A DNA stretch of 64,000 bases from Candidatus Ozemobacteraceae bacterium (GCA_965140445.1 OZ223236.1:128001-192000); one strand, 5' to 3'; shown: positions 1-9,904, counted from the stretch's first letter. The notes: generated from the letters alone by a model not told the origin. A program made the numbers and translations.

Positions 1-1
1 C

Positions 2-1933
2 AAGTGTGCGGTCAGAACCCATGGATTAACAAGAGAAGCTTCTCTTTATCAACAGTTCAGAATTGTAAGTATGATTCCTGGACCATTCGCCCGCTTCACT
101 CTTTTCGTGAGCAAGACCCCTGACCCAAATTCTTACAATTCAATGGGTATCAAATTTGATGGCCAGATTGACTCAACATATGAGCACCTGCCTGCTGACG
201 GCAAAAAATTTACCGGCCCATTGGTTTTGTTCAATGGTACAGACACGGAAGAAATCACCGCCTCTATTCTTGAGCGACCAGACACAAAAGATGATGAGCA
301 TTTACGAAATCGAGGCTGGGTTTTTCTTGGAGCTTCTGGACCAGACAATGAAGGCCCGGTTTTCCTGAAAATCCCTTCTGGTTTCAACGACCAAACCGGT
401 GGTCATTTCATGCTTGGATGGCCATCAACATCTGCTATGCCTGTTCTTGCTCCGGAGTTAATCTCCGACGACCTGAACTTTGCTCCAGATTCAGAATTTC
501 CAGGGCATTCCTATAATCTTGGCGGAAAATTTCAAGGCCTTTTCACCTGGGAAGATGGAAACCCTGATGGAGCTGGAGCGAAAAATATCTGGCCCAATCT
601 TACCGCAGGTTCAACATTCACATCTTCTGACCGGGTTTTGTCGGCATCGACCTGGTTGTACCCTTTTGGAAATAAAAAGAAATCATCCAGAACCCTCATG
701 GTTGGCCCGGTTCTCGCTGGATTCCTGAAATACTATTTTATCAGGGGCAACAACGCAGCTGGAGATCCCTACAAAGGCCTGTTTGGGGGAATGTCTGAAA
801 CTGATTATACTAGTCTTGCAGGCGGCTCACTTCCTGACATGGCAATGCTTTGGAGCGGAATTTTAAGCCCTGATATTCCAACCGCATCATTTTTTAAAAA
901 CAGCTATAACAGTTTTAAACAGATAATGCCATTCAACAGCCTTCCAGACCCGTCACCAACATTACCTTCGAACGGGGTTTCATTCAATTTACTGTTTGAT
1001 TTTATGAAATACCAGCGAGACTACTATCCCCATCTTGATTCAGCCCCAAGAATTGCTCAGGTTGCTTATTTCGCTAAAAAGTATCTGGTTCCAAGAGCAG
1101 ATGCCATGAGTTCATGTCCTATAAAGGGGATTCACCCTTTCAACGACATGGGAATTTTCTTTAAAGAAAATGGAGCATATGACCCAAACTATAACCCTGA
1201 AAACTGTTATTTTTACGGGGACCTTTCTGAAGTTACCGTTTTCAATTCTAACTTAATTTCTAACAGAATAACCCACATTCTGGACCTGAGTAATTGCACG
1301 ACCAATGCCGAAGAAGCCGACACTCTGGAAAAGTTTATCTTTGAAAAAGAAGGCTCTGGGGCATCTGCAGTCAATGTGCCCAAAAAATCCGGCATATTTC
1401 TCATTAAACGCCGTAGCGGAATTTCTCTTGAGTTTCCGGATGCTCTACTTTTATCTTCCAGGAAGATTAAGGTTACCAGACCGATAATTTTAGTATTTGA
1501 TAAAGGCAGTCTGAATATCAAATTCGACATTATTTCAAACATTGTAGATAAGGCACCCGAACAACTGATGACCCTTGCACTATCTGAAGGCGATTTCTAT
1601 TTAACCGGCTCTGGCTTTAACAGAAAGCTTCATGCATACCTTGTTGCAATAAGTAAAGACCGCGGAAGGCTTTTAAAGCCATCATCAGTTATGGCTGGCG
1701 GTCCTTCTAAATTTGAAATACATGGAGGCCTTGCACTTAAAGAAATTGGTCTTTACGAATCATCTATGGCCGATCCACTTAACCACATAGGTACAACCAT
1801 GAAGCATTTTTCTGCAGGCGGAGAAATTCATTACAACAGTAGATTTAACCCATCAGCCCCAACCAGTGACAATTCCAGGATTTTCGCCCTCGAAGGAACT
1901 GTCAGTAAATTTGAATTATCGGGGGGCGATTAA
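2..1933 (+). CDS. Large hypothetical protein, 5'-truncated by window edge; probable PilX-like/pilin-associated protein
   Basis: Frame is open from position 2 (KCAVRTHGLTREASLYQQFRIVSM...) so the gene likely starts upstream; its stop overlaps the start of a prepilin-like gene (TAATG). Confidence 0.55.
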   Translation, partial: KCAVRTHGLTREASLYQQFRIVSMIPGPFARFTLFVSKTPDPNSYNSMGIKFDGQIDSTYEHLPADGKKFTGPLVLFNGTDTEEITASILERPDTKDDEHLRNRGWVFLGASGPDNEGPVFLKIPSGFNDQTGGHFMLGWPSTSAMPVLAPELISDDLNFAPDSEFPGHSYNLGGKFQGLFTWEDGNPDGAGAKNIWPNLTAGSTFTSSDRVLSASTWLYPFGNKKKSSRTLMVGPVLAGFLKYYFIRGNNAAGDPYKGLFGGMSETDYTSLAGGSLPDMAMLWSGILSPDIPTASFFKNSYNSFKQIMPFNSLPDPSPTLPSNGVSFNLLFDFMKYQRDYYPHLDSAPRIAQVAYFAKKYLVPRADAMSSCPIKGIHPFNDMGIFFKENGAYDPNYNPENCYFYGDLSEVTVFNSNLISNRITHILDLSNCTTNAEEADTLEKFIFEKEGSGASAVNVPKKSGIFLIKRRSGISLEFPDALLLSSRKIKVTRPIILVFDKGSLNIKFDIISNIVDKAPEQLMTLALSEGDFYLTGSGFNRKLHAYLVAISKDRGRLLKPSSVMAGGPSKFEIHGGLALKEIGLYESSMADPLNHIGTTMKHFSAGGEIHYNSRFNPSAPTSDNSRIFALEGTVSKFELSGGD

Positions 1934-2484
1934 TGAAATTCAACCATTGTAAAGGCCTTTCGATGGCGGAAATAGTCGTAGCTATTTTTATAATTGGACT
2001 TGCTGTCGGCCCATTGATAGCTCTTCTTTCATCGTCAAATAGAATGAGCAATGCATCTATTTACGAAGAAATGGCAGTGCATTATGCCAGAGAGCTTTCA
2101 GATCAAATTCTTCGCTATAGCTCAAATATTCCCGAGATTGTTCAGGACGCTAAAACTTTGAGTGGCAGTAGCAGCGTTACTTTTGCAAAAATACTGGCAG
2201 ACACAGAATTCAATGCAAAACTGGAAAATTATACCACTGGCCCTACCTGCATACCGTTTTCATATAATGGAACCAGGTTAAAAACGCGCATAATTGTTTC
2301 TCCTCTTGAAAAGGTTTTCAAAAAACGCCGACTGGAAGTAAAAGAAGTAGACTCTTCGTCAAACTCGGTTCTTAAAACAGGAAAGTTCCAAAAAGTTATC
2401 ATTACCATTGCGTGGAAAGATCCATCATCTCCCGGTCCTGACCTGAGAGAAGTCAAAATGGGGGTATTAATCAATGAAAACTAA
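1933..2484 (+). CDS. Prepilin-type N-terminal cleavage/methylation protein (minor pilin/pseudopilin, PilV-like)
   Basis: KG|LSMAE type III signal (Gly at -1, Glu at +5) followed by a hydrophobic helix. Confidence 0.8.
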   Translation: MKFNHCKGLSMAEIVVAIFIIGLAVGPLIALLSSSNRMSNASIYEEMAVHYARELSDQILRYSSNIPEIVQDAKTLSGSSSVTFAKILADTEFNAKLENYTTGPTCIPFSYNGTRLKTRIIVSPLEKVFKKRRLEVKEVDSSSNSVLKTGKFQKVIITIAWKDPSSPGPDLREVKMGVLINEN

Positions 2485-3085
2485 CATTGATAGCCGCCGG
2501 GCTTTTACTTTTGTAGAGGCTGTTATAGTAACTCTCATCGCATGTGTAATTATGATAGCTATTCAAGCACTGTTTTCCCATGCAATACGTTCAACCGTTA
2601 AGGGAACCGACAACCTTGACTCAATAAGGGCTGCAAGCCGTCTTTTTTCTACCCTTCGTGCCGATCTGATTCAGTTAAAAAGCTTCTCTACCAACGGAGC
2701 GGTTTCCACAATTGAGTTAAGTGAAAATGAAATCCCAGCAACAGCAACATTTTCATCAATTTTGCAAATAAGTACCAGTATTGCGACCATTACCTACAGT
2801 CTGGTCGGAACCCCAGGAAGACAGTCTGTAGAGCGGGCTGTTCAGAAAATTTCTTCTCCAGTTGAAAAAAAGAAATTTGGCGTTCCAAGAATGCGAAGCT
2901 TTGAAATAATGTATGTCAGAATAAAAAATCAGATAGGATCAACTCCAAAAGAAACAGGACAGCTGCTTGTAAATATTGTCATTCAATCTGAAAACAAAAA
3001 CCTTCCCTCAAAAATAGTAAAACTGTCCTCAATTTTCTTCCCTGAGCGTCTTACCGAAAGTGATTGGAACTATCTTGATCTATAA
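2474..3085 (+). CDS. Prepilin-type N-terminal cleavage/methylation protein (PilW/GspJ-like)
   Basis: RRA|FTFVE motif with Glu+5 and hydrophobic helix; overlaps previous gene. Confidence 0.8.
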   Translation: MKTNIDSRRAFTFVEAVIVTLIACVIMIAIQALFSHAIRSTVKGTDNLDSIRAASRLFSTLRADLIQLKSFSTNGAVSTIELSENEIPATATFSSILQISTSIATITYSLVGTPGRQSVERAVQKISSPVEKKKFGVPRMRSFEIMYVRIKNQIGSTPKETGQLLVNIVIQSENKNLPSKIVKLSSIFFPERLTESDWNYLDL

Positions 3086-3095
3086 TTTATTTTTT

Positions 3096-3122
3096 TGAAA
3101 CCTTTTAGAAACTTGTTGCATA
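3096..3122 (+). promoter_or_regulatory. Putative ECF sigma-dependent promoter
   Basis: TGAAACCTTTT -35 element, TGAAAC-N17-CATA, similar to the SigW/SigM-type TGAAAC-N16/17-CGTA; heads a run of genes that includes an ECF sigma. Confidence 0.45.
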
Positions 3123-3150
3123 GATTGATTAGAATTACAGGAGAAAAAAT

Positions 3151-3999
3151 ATGCCATCTGGAATCTTAAGCCAAAAAACCAGAAATTGTGAGTTTTGTAT
3201 TTTTTTTATGTTTTGCCTGTTAGTTTTTAATTCTCAGGTTTTTGGCCAGCAAACAAATAATCAATCTAATGAAGTTGCAACCCAGACAGAAGCTTTGAGC
3301 AAGGTAGCCAACACCAATAATCAGGCCAAAGCTAAAAGTATGAGCAGCAATTCATCTACCTCAAGTGCCCAATCTAGCGGTTACACCCAAAATGACGATA
3401 CTGCACAATTAGATTCTGCCATCGGAATTTATAACGACAAATACTGTCCACCGGAAAAAACTATAACTGAAATCAACCCCAGCACCTTAAAGCGTTTAGT
3501 AGGAAAAGAGCTCATTAAGCGTGTGGACTTAGACAAATACGGCGACATGGTTATGGTCAACGGCAAGGTTTATGTGAAAAAAGAAACAGTTCCAGAGGAG
3601 AACCCTGAGCCTCAGAATCCTCAAAGACCCGAAGTCCCCAACTCCAGGAAAGACTTTTTCGGTTCTTTTAATTATGCATGCGAAGAGCTTTCAGATGGGA
3701 AGTTCAGAGGTAAATCCAGGGGGAATCAAAAGCCTAAAAACTACATAAAGCTGAGAGCTGCGAGAATGAGCTTCCGCGATAGATTAAATTCAATCAGGCA
3801 ACTTGAGTATTTTGTCCCGCTGATCAATCTTTCAAGCCCATTTCAGATTAGGGGTAAGAGCAAATCAGGTCCCATAGACTTTGCCACATCCCTGATGCTT
3901 AGGAAAACAAGAGTAGCCCCCGGCACCAAATTTGACGATATGCCGTCCCTGCAAAAAATGGACCCAATAGCTTCTTATACGCAACAAAACCAGAATTAA
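3151..3999 (+). CDS. Exported hypothetical protein
   Basis: AGGAG RBS; signal-like hydrophobic segment ending VFG-Q; Ser/Asn/Gln-rich linker. Confidence 0.7.
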   Translation: MPSGILSQKTRNCEFCIFFMFCLLVFNSQVFGQQTNNQSNEVATQTEALSKVANTNNQAKAKSMSSNSSTSSAQSSGYTQNDDTAQLDSAIGIYNDKYCPPEKTITEINPSTLKRLVGKELIKRVDLDKYGDMVMVNGKVYVKKETVPEENPEPQNPQRPEVPNSRKDFFGSFNYACEELSDGKFRGKSRGNQKPKNYIKLRAARMSFRDRLNSIRQLEYFVPLINLSSPFQIRGKSKSGPIDFATSLMLRKTRVAPGTKFDDMPSLQKMDPIASYTQQNQN

Positions 4000-4017
4000 T
4001 TTTACCAGGAGGAAAAA

Positions 4018-6105
4018 ATGAAGGATTATTTGAAAAAACTGTCTCTTCTACTTGCAGCTCTCATGCTGCCGCTTCTCTTTGCCTGCCCAGTGGGCGCGGA
4101 GGAAAATGACAACAGCGGGACATCCGCAATAAATAACGTTGCTCAAAAGGTTATGCCGCCATTATTTGACTATTATGCTCGCATTAAAGCAAGAAGAGCA
4201 GAAATTCAAAAGCTCAATAGAAGCTATAATTTTAAGGAAGCTGAAAAACAAGCTAATCAGCTCTTATCTGAAATGAAGCAGTTTAGAATGTCTGTAAAAG
4301 ATAAAAACGTACTCTCTGCTGACATTATGCGTTCAGAACTGAAACTTGCCTATGAAAAACAGGGTGAATACCAGAAAGCATCCAGCGCTGTTAGACAAGC
4401 CGCTGCTCTTAACAAACAGAAAAGCGATGCTCCAGCTCTCCTTAAGCTTCAAACAAAAGTAAAACAACAGGAGCAGTTTTATTCAATAGTTAAGGCTCAT
4501 GAAACTGACATAGTTGCTCTGCATAAATCCAAGCAGCCACTTCTTAAAGCAAAACTAGCTTTAATAAAAGAATATTCAAATTCCAGCAAAAAGCTTACAT
4601 CAAAGGATCTTGCTGCACTTCAAAGAAAACTGAAAAAAATTAACGCAAGCCTAAAAAGCATCAACGCCAAAATTACGTCAACGAACCAGGCCTTTTCGAA
4701 AGCATCTGATGTGTATAGGAAAAAATATGACGTAGTGCTGAGTGCTCAACAAAATCAAGCTTTCAGAGCAGTAAGATTCGAACGCTGGAAAACTGTCATG
4801 GCTAACTTCAGTTTAAGCTCACAAGCAACCAAAGCTATGACCGAACTTGTTGAAAAACATGACGTTTCATGGGACGGCTTGAAATCAAATTTTGAGAAAC
4901 TTGCTAAAATTCAAAAAAGAATTATGGACCTTCGCAATCGCATGGCGGAGCTGGCAAAAAAATCTCCGTTGACCAAAGCTGATTTAAAAGTTGCTGCAAG
5001 CCTGAAAAACCAGATTGAAAGCCTCATCAAAGAAGCTTCTGGCTTATACGAAAAAGTTGAAGATGCTTTCCTGGATCAGAAAACTTTTGGTGATCTGAGT
5101 CTTAAAGAAAAATTAGCTTTCATAAAGCTTTTTGCCAACGTCTGGACAACCAATGCCAGAATTGAAAATGCCAAACCAAGCCTGAACGACCTTTATGAGC
5201 TAATCGTTAAGAAAGCTGATGAAGAAAGTGACAAGGAAAAACTTAGCGCAGATGAAAAAGCAAAAGCATTTGCAATGCTCGGCGAAACACCTGCTTACAA
5301 AATAACCACCAAACTAAAAAATGGCCAGGTTACAACTGCTTTTTACAATGCCAACGGCGTATTTATTGGTCAGAAGGTTTCTAACCAGTCAACCTTCATG
5401 AATAAACCATACGAAAAATGGTATGACAAAAATCAGCGGGAGATAAAAACGCCAAACGAAGGGCCAATAAGAATTTCAAATAATGACAGAATGTATGGAA
5501 TCCTGGCAGACATCTTCAAAGCTTTCCCAGCATATAAAATGGAACTCTACTTTGATGGGTTCATCAAAACTATCTATTATTCAAAAGATGGAACAGTTAT
5601 TGGTCATTCTATTCAGAAAAAGGGCCAAAACCAGCCTTATTACTTTGATAGATACGGAAGAGCTATTCAGGATATACCAGATCAGCCAACTCCAAAAACA
5701 GATGTTTCCGGAGAAGGTGTAATCATGAATCTGGAAGGCGTCCAATGGCTTATTAGGAGCGGAAGAAACATTTATGAACCAATCAACCTTCCTGCCAGAT
5801 TCCGGGTGAACCAGCTTGAAGTTAAATTTGCAGGTAATTTCCTTATTTATGCGACCACAAAACAAGCCGATACTTCATCTGAAAACATAGATCAATCGCC
5901 CAATGGAACAGCAGATTCAAATAAAAGAATCATGATTGGCATTCCTACAGGAAACTATCCTAAGATATCTTTAACTGACATCAGTGCCCCTCAGCTCCCT
6001 GACGAGCCTTATATCAGAGATAATATTCTTGCTACCCCTACAAAGATCATGGAAGAGAACATTGAAAATCAGGATCAGCCTGCCAATTTGATGAACTCAT
6101 TCTAA
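4018..6105 (+). CDS. Exported coiled-coil protein with two ~60-aa internal repeats and a small C-terminal beta domain
   Basis: AGGAGG RBS; signal peptide (VGA-EE); Lys/Ala-rich helical N-terminal half; repeats PAYK...YxxxGxxIG...Y/FD; C-terminal LEG-x-W...YEPINLP...F motif. Confidence 0.75.
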   Translation: MKDYLKKLSLLLAALMLPLLFACPVGAEENDNSGTSAINNVAQKVMPPLFDYYARIKARRAEIQKLNRSYNFKEAEKQANQLLSEMKQFRMSVKDKNVLSADIMRSELKLAYEKQGEYQKASSAVRQAAALNKQKSDAPALLKLQTKVKQQEQFYSIVKAHETDIVALHKSKQPLLKAKLALIKEYSNSSKKLTSKDLAALQRKLKKINASLKSINAKITSTNQAFSKASDVYRKKYDVVLSAQQNQAFRAVRFERWKTVMANFSLSSQATKAMTELVEKHDVSWDGLKSNFEKLAKIQKRIMDLRNRMAELAKKSPLTKADLKVAASLKNQIESLIKEASGLYEKVEDAFLDQKTFGDLSLKEKLAFIKLFANVWTTNARIENAKPSLNDLYELIVKKADEESDKEKLSADEKAKAFAMLGETPAYKITTKLKNGQVTTAFYNANGVFIGQKVSNQSTFMNKPYEKWYDKNQREIKTPNEGPIRISNNDRMYGILADIFKAFPAYKMELYFDGFIKTIYYSKDGTVIGHSIQKKGQNQPYYFDRYGRAIQDIPDQPTPKTDVSGEGVIMNLEGVQWLIRSGRNIYEPINLPARFRVNQLEVKFAGNFLIYATTKQADTSSENIDQSPNGTADSNKRIMIGIPTGNYPKISLTDISAPQLPDEPYIRDNILATPTKIMEENIENQDQPANLMNSF

Positions 6106-6116
6106 AAAAATTCAAT

Positions 6117-6143
6117 GGGCAGAAGGCTAACAGCCTTCTGCCC
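6117..6143 (+). terminator. Stem-loop between the exported protein gene and the ECF sigma gene
   Basis: Perfect 12-bp inverted repeat GGGCAGAAGGCT-AAC-AGCCTTCTGCCC with only a weak U tail. Confidence 0.55.
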
Positions 6144-6153
6144 GGTTCTTTAA

Positions 6154-6738
6154 ATGGTAATAAATGATGAGGCAATTAAACACGAGAATCAGCTAATCCA
6201 CCAAACGCTTGCTGGAAGAACCGATTCTTTCAAACCACTGGTTCAAAATTACTGGAACCGGGCATTTCAAATAATTCTGAAATTTGTAAAAAATGAAGAA
6301 ACTGCCGCAGACATTTGCCAGGAAACCTTTGTTACAGCCTTTTCAAAGTTAAATCAGTTCAAAATTGGAAATAGATTTTCGCCATGGCTGTTCAAAATAG
6401 CCTCAAATAAATCCCTTGAGTATTTAAGATCAAATAAAAGAAAAAATGAAATTTCATTCGATTTGTCAGATTTGCCAGACTTAGCCCCAGGCCCCCATAA
6501 AAGTCTTCACGAAAAAGAGCTTCTGGATTCGTGTATAGACAGATTACCAGTAGATTATCAAATTCTTTTCGTTCTCAGGCATGGAATGGAGCTTTCTTAC
6601 GATGAAATGGCCTTTATCCTGGACCTTCCAGTTGGCACTGTTAAAGTTGCGCTTTTCAGAATTAGAAATTTATTAAAACAACACTTTTTTTCAATAGAAA
6701 ATCAGGAATTAACCCTTCTACAGGGGGAAAATCAATGA
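6154..6738 (+). CDS. ECF RNA polymerase sigma factor (SigW/RpoE-like)
   Basis: Region 2 (AADICQETFVTAF...FSPWLFKIASN) and region 4 (LSYDEMAFILDLPVGTVK). Confidence 0.93.
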   Translation: MVINDEAIKHENQLIHQTLAGRTDSFKPLVQNYWNRAFQIILKFVKNEETAADICQETFVTAFSKLNQFKIGNRFSPWLFKIASNKSLEYLRSNKRKNEISFDLSDLPDLAPGPHKSLHEKELLDSCIDRLPVDYQILFVLRHGMELSYDEMAFILDLPVGTVKVALFRIRNLLKQHFFSIENQELTLLQGENQ

Positions 6739-7721
6739 GCAATAAATGCCCCGACAAAAATATTCTTCAGGAATTTCTGGATAATCCAAAATCCAGCGAA
6801 ATTTCAGCTGAATTAAGAAAACACATTGAATCATGCCCTAATTGCAAAGCTGAATTGACCGCTTTTTCAGCACTTTTTTCTAATTTAAATAGAATTTCTA
6901 CGACTCCCTGCCAAACAGATATTTCTTCCAGGGTTTCTTCGGTTATGGCGGCTATTAATTTGTCACCGCAAAGAATTTCATCTTCTGAAAAAGGTTCAAC
7001 AATTTCAAACCTGTTAAAGAATTTCAATTTTAAATTTGCTTTTGCCGGGCTTACAGTAATTTTATTGCTTTTTATCGCATCCTTTTATGCAAATAAAACA
7101 AACCTTCAGCAAAATACCAAACACAGGGTTACAAGCTCTTTCAATCTAGAAAAAAATAAGGTAACTCCACTGATTTCTTCAGATGAATCGTTCATCGAAT
7201 CAGCTGGACAAAAACTTGCATTGACTTCTATTAACCAGATTGAGCTAAAAAAAGAATATAAGCTTTCTAACGGCCTTTCACTGGCAATAAGATCAGGGGA
7301 AAATCGATTTAAACTAAAATCTGCCGCTAGATTCAGTTTTTCAAACTCAACCATTCAACTTGACGAAGGTGATCTACTCTGCGAAATGAATGGCCCTCAC
7401 GATGGCTTTATGGTAATTACTCCTTTTGCCAGCGTCTCTACTTTGGGAACGGATTTTGAAGTTTCAATAAAAGACTGGGGCCTTAAAGTTAAGTTAAATT
7501 CCGGAAAAATATTGCTTAAAACAAAAGCCGGGATGGAAAGAAAGCTTTTAAAACCAGAAACCATTTATATTTCAACTCAGGGAAGTTTTTCTACCAGTAT
7601 TCCACAACCAGAAACGGGGCTTCCTGCCAACAATTTGCCTGATAGGAGCACCAACCCTATCAGACCTGAAAAAAACAATTCAGAGGGCACTGAACCAAAA
7701 AGCCTTGAGGAATCTTTTTGA
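6735..7721 (+). CDS. Anti-sigma factor: zinc-binding HxxxCxxC domain, TM helix, FecR-like periplasmic domain
   Basis: HIESCPNC motif; one TM; FMVITPFASVSTLGTDFEV FecR signature; ATGA overlap with sigma gene. Confidence 0.85.
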   Translation: MSNKCPDKNILQEFLDNPKSSEISAELRKHIESCPNCKAELTAFSALFSNLNRISTTPCQTDISSRVSSVMAAINLSPQRISSSEKGSTISNLLKNFNFKFAFAGLTVILLLFIASFYANKTNLQQNTKHRVTSSFNLEKNKVTPLISSDESFIESAGQKLALTSINQIELKKEYKLSNGLSLAIRSGENRFKLKSAARFSFSNSTIQLDEGDLLCEMNGPHDGFMVITPFASVSTLGTDFEVSIKDWGLKVKLNSGKILLKTKAGMERKLLKPETIYISTQGSFSTSIPQPETGLPANNLPDRSTNPIRPEKNNSEGTEPKSLEESF

Positions 7722-7775
7722 TTATAAATTCTATTCGAATTTTTTCCAGGTATGTGTCTTTAAACCTTTTTAAGC

Positions 7776-8558
7776 TTAGAGTAAAAAAATTTCGTTAAAA
7801 AAGGCTTTCATTGCCTCCCATGATCTGCTTGCTGCTTTTTCGTTGTAAGCTGCACCACGAGAATTGTCTGTTCCGGCTCCCTTGTTTGTAAAGCTGTGCA
7901 CAGCATTTCCATATTGAACTAATTGCCAATCAACCTTAGTTGCTCGCATCTCCGAGATAAAATCCAGTCTTTCTTTTTCTGAAACGTGCGGGTCATCAGC
8001 CCCATGCAAAACCAGAACCTTACACTTTATATTTTTTGCTTCTTCTGCATTAGAACTATCTAATCCGCCATGAAAACTGACAACTCCGTCGAGTTTATAT
8101 CCACTTCTAGCTAGCTCTAATACTGTTGTTCCACCAAAACAATACCCAATGGCACCTATTTTAGAGGAATCTACAAGCGGTTGCTTTTTGAGCTGCTCCA
8201 AACCAGCAAGCACTTTTGACCGCAAGAGCTGTCGATCTTTCTTATAGCTACCTGCCACTTTAGCCGCTTCCTGATTAGATGATGGGCGAACACCTTTGCC
8301 ATATATATCTGCTGCAAAAGCTATATAACCTAGCTTTGCAAGCTCACGACCACTTTGCATAACATGATCGCCGATTCCTTTCCATTCGTGAACAATTAAA
8401 ATTCCAGAGCGAAGCTTTGTGTTTGTGTCATCGAAAAAAACAAAACCTTGATGAACAATTCCATCAATTTTATATTCAACTTCTTTTTCCAGAATTGCTG
8501 CTCCTAATGGGCTCAATAAAACAAGAAGCAGAACTAGAGTAAGCATGTAATTTTTCAT
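7776..8558 (-). CDS. Dienelactone hydrolase family protein (exported)
   Basis: HEWKG, GYCFGG nucleophile motif, LHGADD, AVHSF; signal peptide; GGAGG RBS. Confidence 0.92.
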   Translation of the reverse strand: MKNYMLTLVLLLVLLSPLGAAILEKEVEYKIDGIVHQGFVFFDDTNTKLRSGILIVHEWKGIGDHVMQSGRELAKLGYIAFAADIYGKGVRPSSNQEAAKVAGSYKKDRQLLRSKVLAGLEQLKKQPLVDSSKIGAIGYCFGGTTVLELARSGYKLDGVVSFHGGLDSSNAEEAKNIKCKVLVLHGADDPHVSEKERLDFISEMRATKVDWQLVQYGNAVHSFTNKGAGTDNSRGAAYNEKAASRSWEAMKAFFNEIFLL

Positions 8559-8652
8559 GGTTTGTCCTCCACAAATCGATCTTTTATATTTTAAAAAGAT
8601 ACTTGATCATTTTAAGAATGCAAGGACATGAAAACTTATTATGGTGCAGTTA

Positions 8653-9717
8653 TTAAAGCCAATTCCTGCGTCTGAAAAACTTAAGCATGCCAAGAGTTAC
8701 TAAAATAAAAACTCCCCACATTATAAAATAACTGTATTGATATTTTAGCTCTGGAACATACTCAAAGTTAGTTCCATAAATCCCGGCAATAAAAGTTAAT
8801 GGAATAAAAATGGCTGAAAAAATTGTAAGAACTTTCATTATTTCGTTGAGACGGTTTCCGACTCCTGTGTTATAGATGTTCAGATGGTCAGACAGCATTT
8901 CTCTATAGGTATCGATTGAATCAATCGCCTGGCTGGCAAGATCCAGGAGGTCCTTTAGAAATGGTACAGTTTCTTCGTGAATCAGGTCTGAATCAATTCT
9001 TGAAAGCTGAAGCATAAACTCTCTGGCAGGGCGAACAGTTTTGCGTAGATAATTCATTTCGCGCTTGTAATTGTTTATTTTTGTGAGAACATCCTGAGTT
9101 GGGTTTTCCAGTATCTCATTTTCAATATCCTCAATCTGCTCGCCGAGCCTTTCAATTATGAGGATATAATTGTCCACAATAGTGTCTAGGAGTGCATAGG
9201 CCAGGTAATCAATGCCAACTTTGCGAATTCTTCCCTTTTGCTTTCTAATTCGTTCTCTAACAGGCTCAAAAACATCACCTGGCCGTTCCTGGAAGGTAAT
9301 AATGAATGATTTCCCCATAATCATGCTTAACTGCTCACTACGAATCTCCCCGACAGATTCATCGTAGTGCATCATTTTTAGAACAAAAAACAAGTAGTCG
9401 TCATGCTCTTCCATTTTTGGTCTTTGCCCGGTGTTCACAATATCTTCCATTACCAGCGCGTGAAGTCCAAAACCTTCTCCAATCCGCCTTATCAAATCCG
9501 TATCGTGCAGTCCGTTAATATTTAACCAGGTAACTGTATCAGTTTCTTTGTAATCAAGACTTTGCTTTATATCTTTTAGCTCTTGCTCATTCAATGTTTC
9601 ATGGTCATAGTCAATTACGCGAACCGTCGCCTCATCAACCTTCTTTTCGCCAATAAAAACAAGTTCACCTGGAACCTGCCCAATTGCTGCCTGCTTGTTT
9701 TTGAGAAACCTTGCCAT
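8653..9717 (-). CDS. corA: Magnesium/cobalt transporter CorA
   Basis: QRPK, LNEIMKVLT, YGTNF (variant of GMN), two C-terminal TMs; start placed at ATG 9717 after AGGAGG. Confidence 0.93.
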   Translation of the reverse strand: MARFLKNKQAAIGQVPGELVFIGEKKVDEATVRVIDYDHETLNEQELKDIKQSLDYKETDTVTWLNINGLHDTDLIRRIGEGFGLHALVMEDIVNTGQRPKMEEHDDYLFFVLKMMHYDESVGEIRSEQLSMIMGKSFIITFQERPGDVFEPVRERIRKQKGRIRKVGIDYLAYALLDTIVDNYILIIERLGEQIEDIENEILENPTQDVLTKINNYKREMNYLRKTVRPAREFMLQLSRIDSDLIHEETVPFLKDLLDLASQAIDSIDTYREMLSDHLNIYNTGVGNRLNEIMKVLTIFSAIFIPLTFIAGIYGTNFEYVPELKYQYSYFIMWGVFILVTLGMLKFFRRRNWL

Positions 9718-9904
9718 GAAAATCCTCCTGCTCAAAATCCTTATCACACATGCTCATTGTGCTTCTGTGAATGAAAAAACTCAACCTCTATAAATCTGGG
9801 TTTTAAATTACCCTGATTCGCTTTATTTTTCTGCCACCTGGAGTCTGGCGAAAAAGCACTAATTTAGGTATAATCAGTACATTAACTAACATTTTGGAGT
9901 TTAA

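Noticed and set aside
9718..9860. Possible Mg2+ (M-box) riboswitch upstream of corA
   Set aside because: No recognisable M-box motifs or terminator; only short imperfect hairpins
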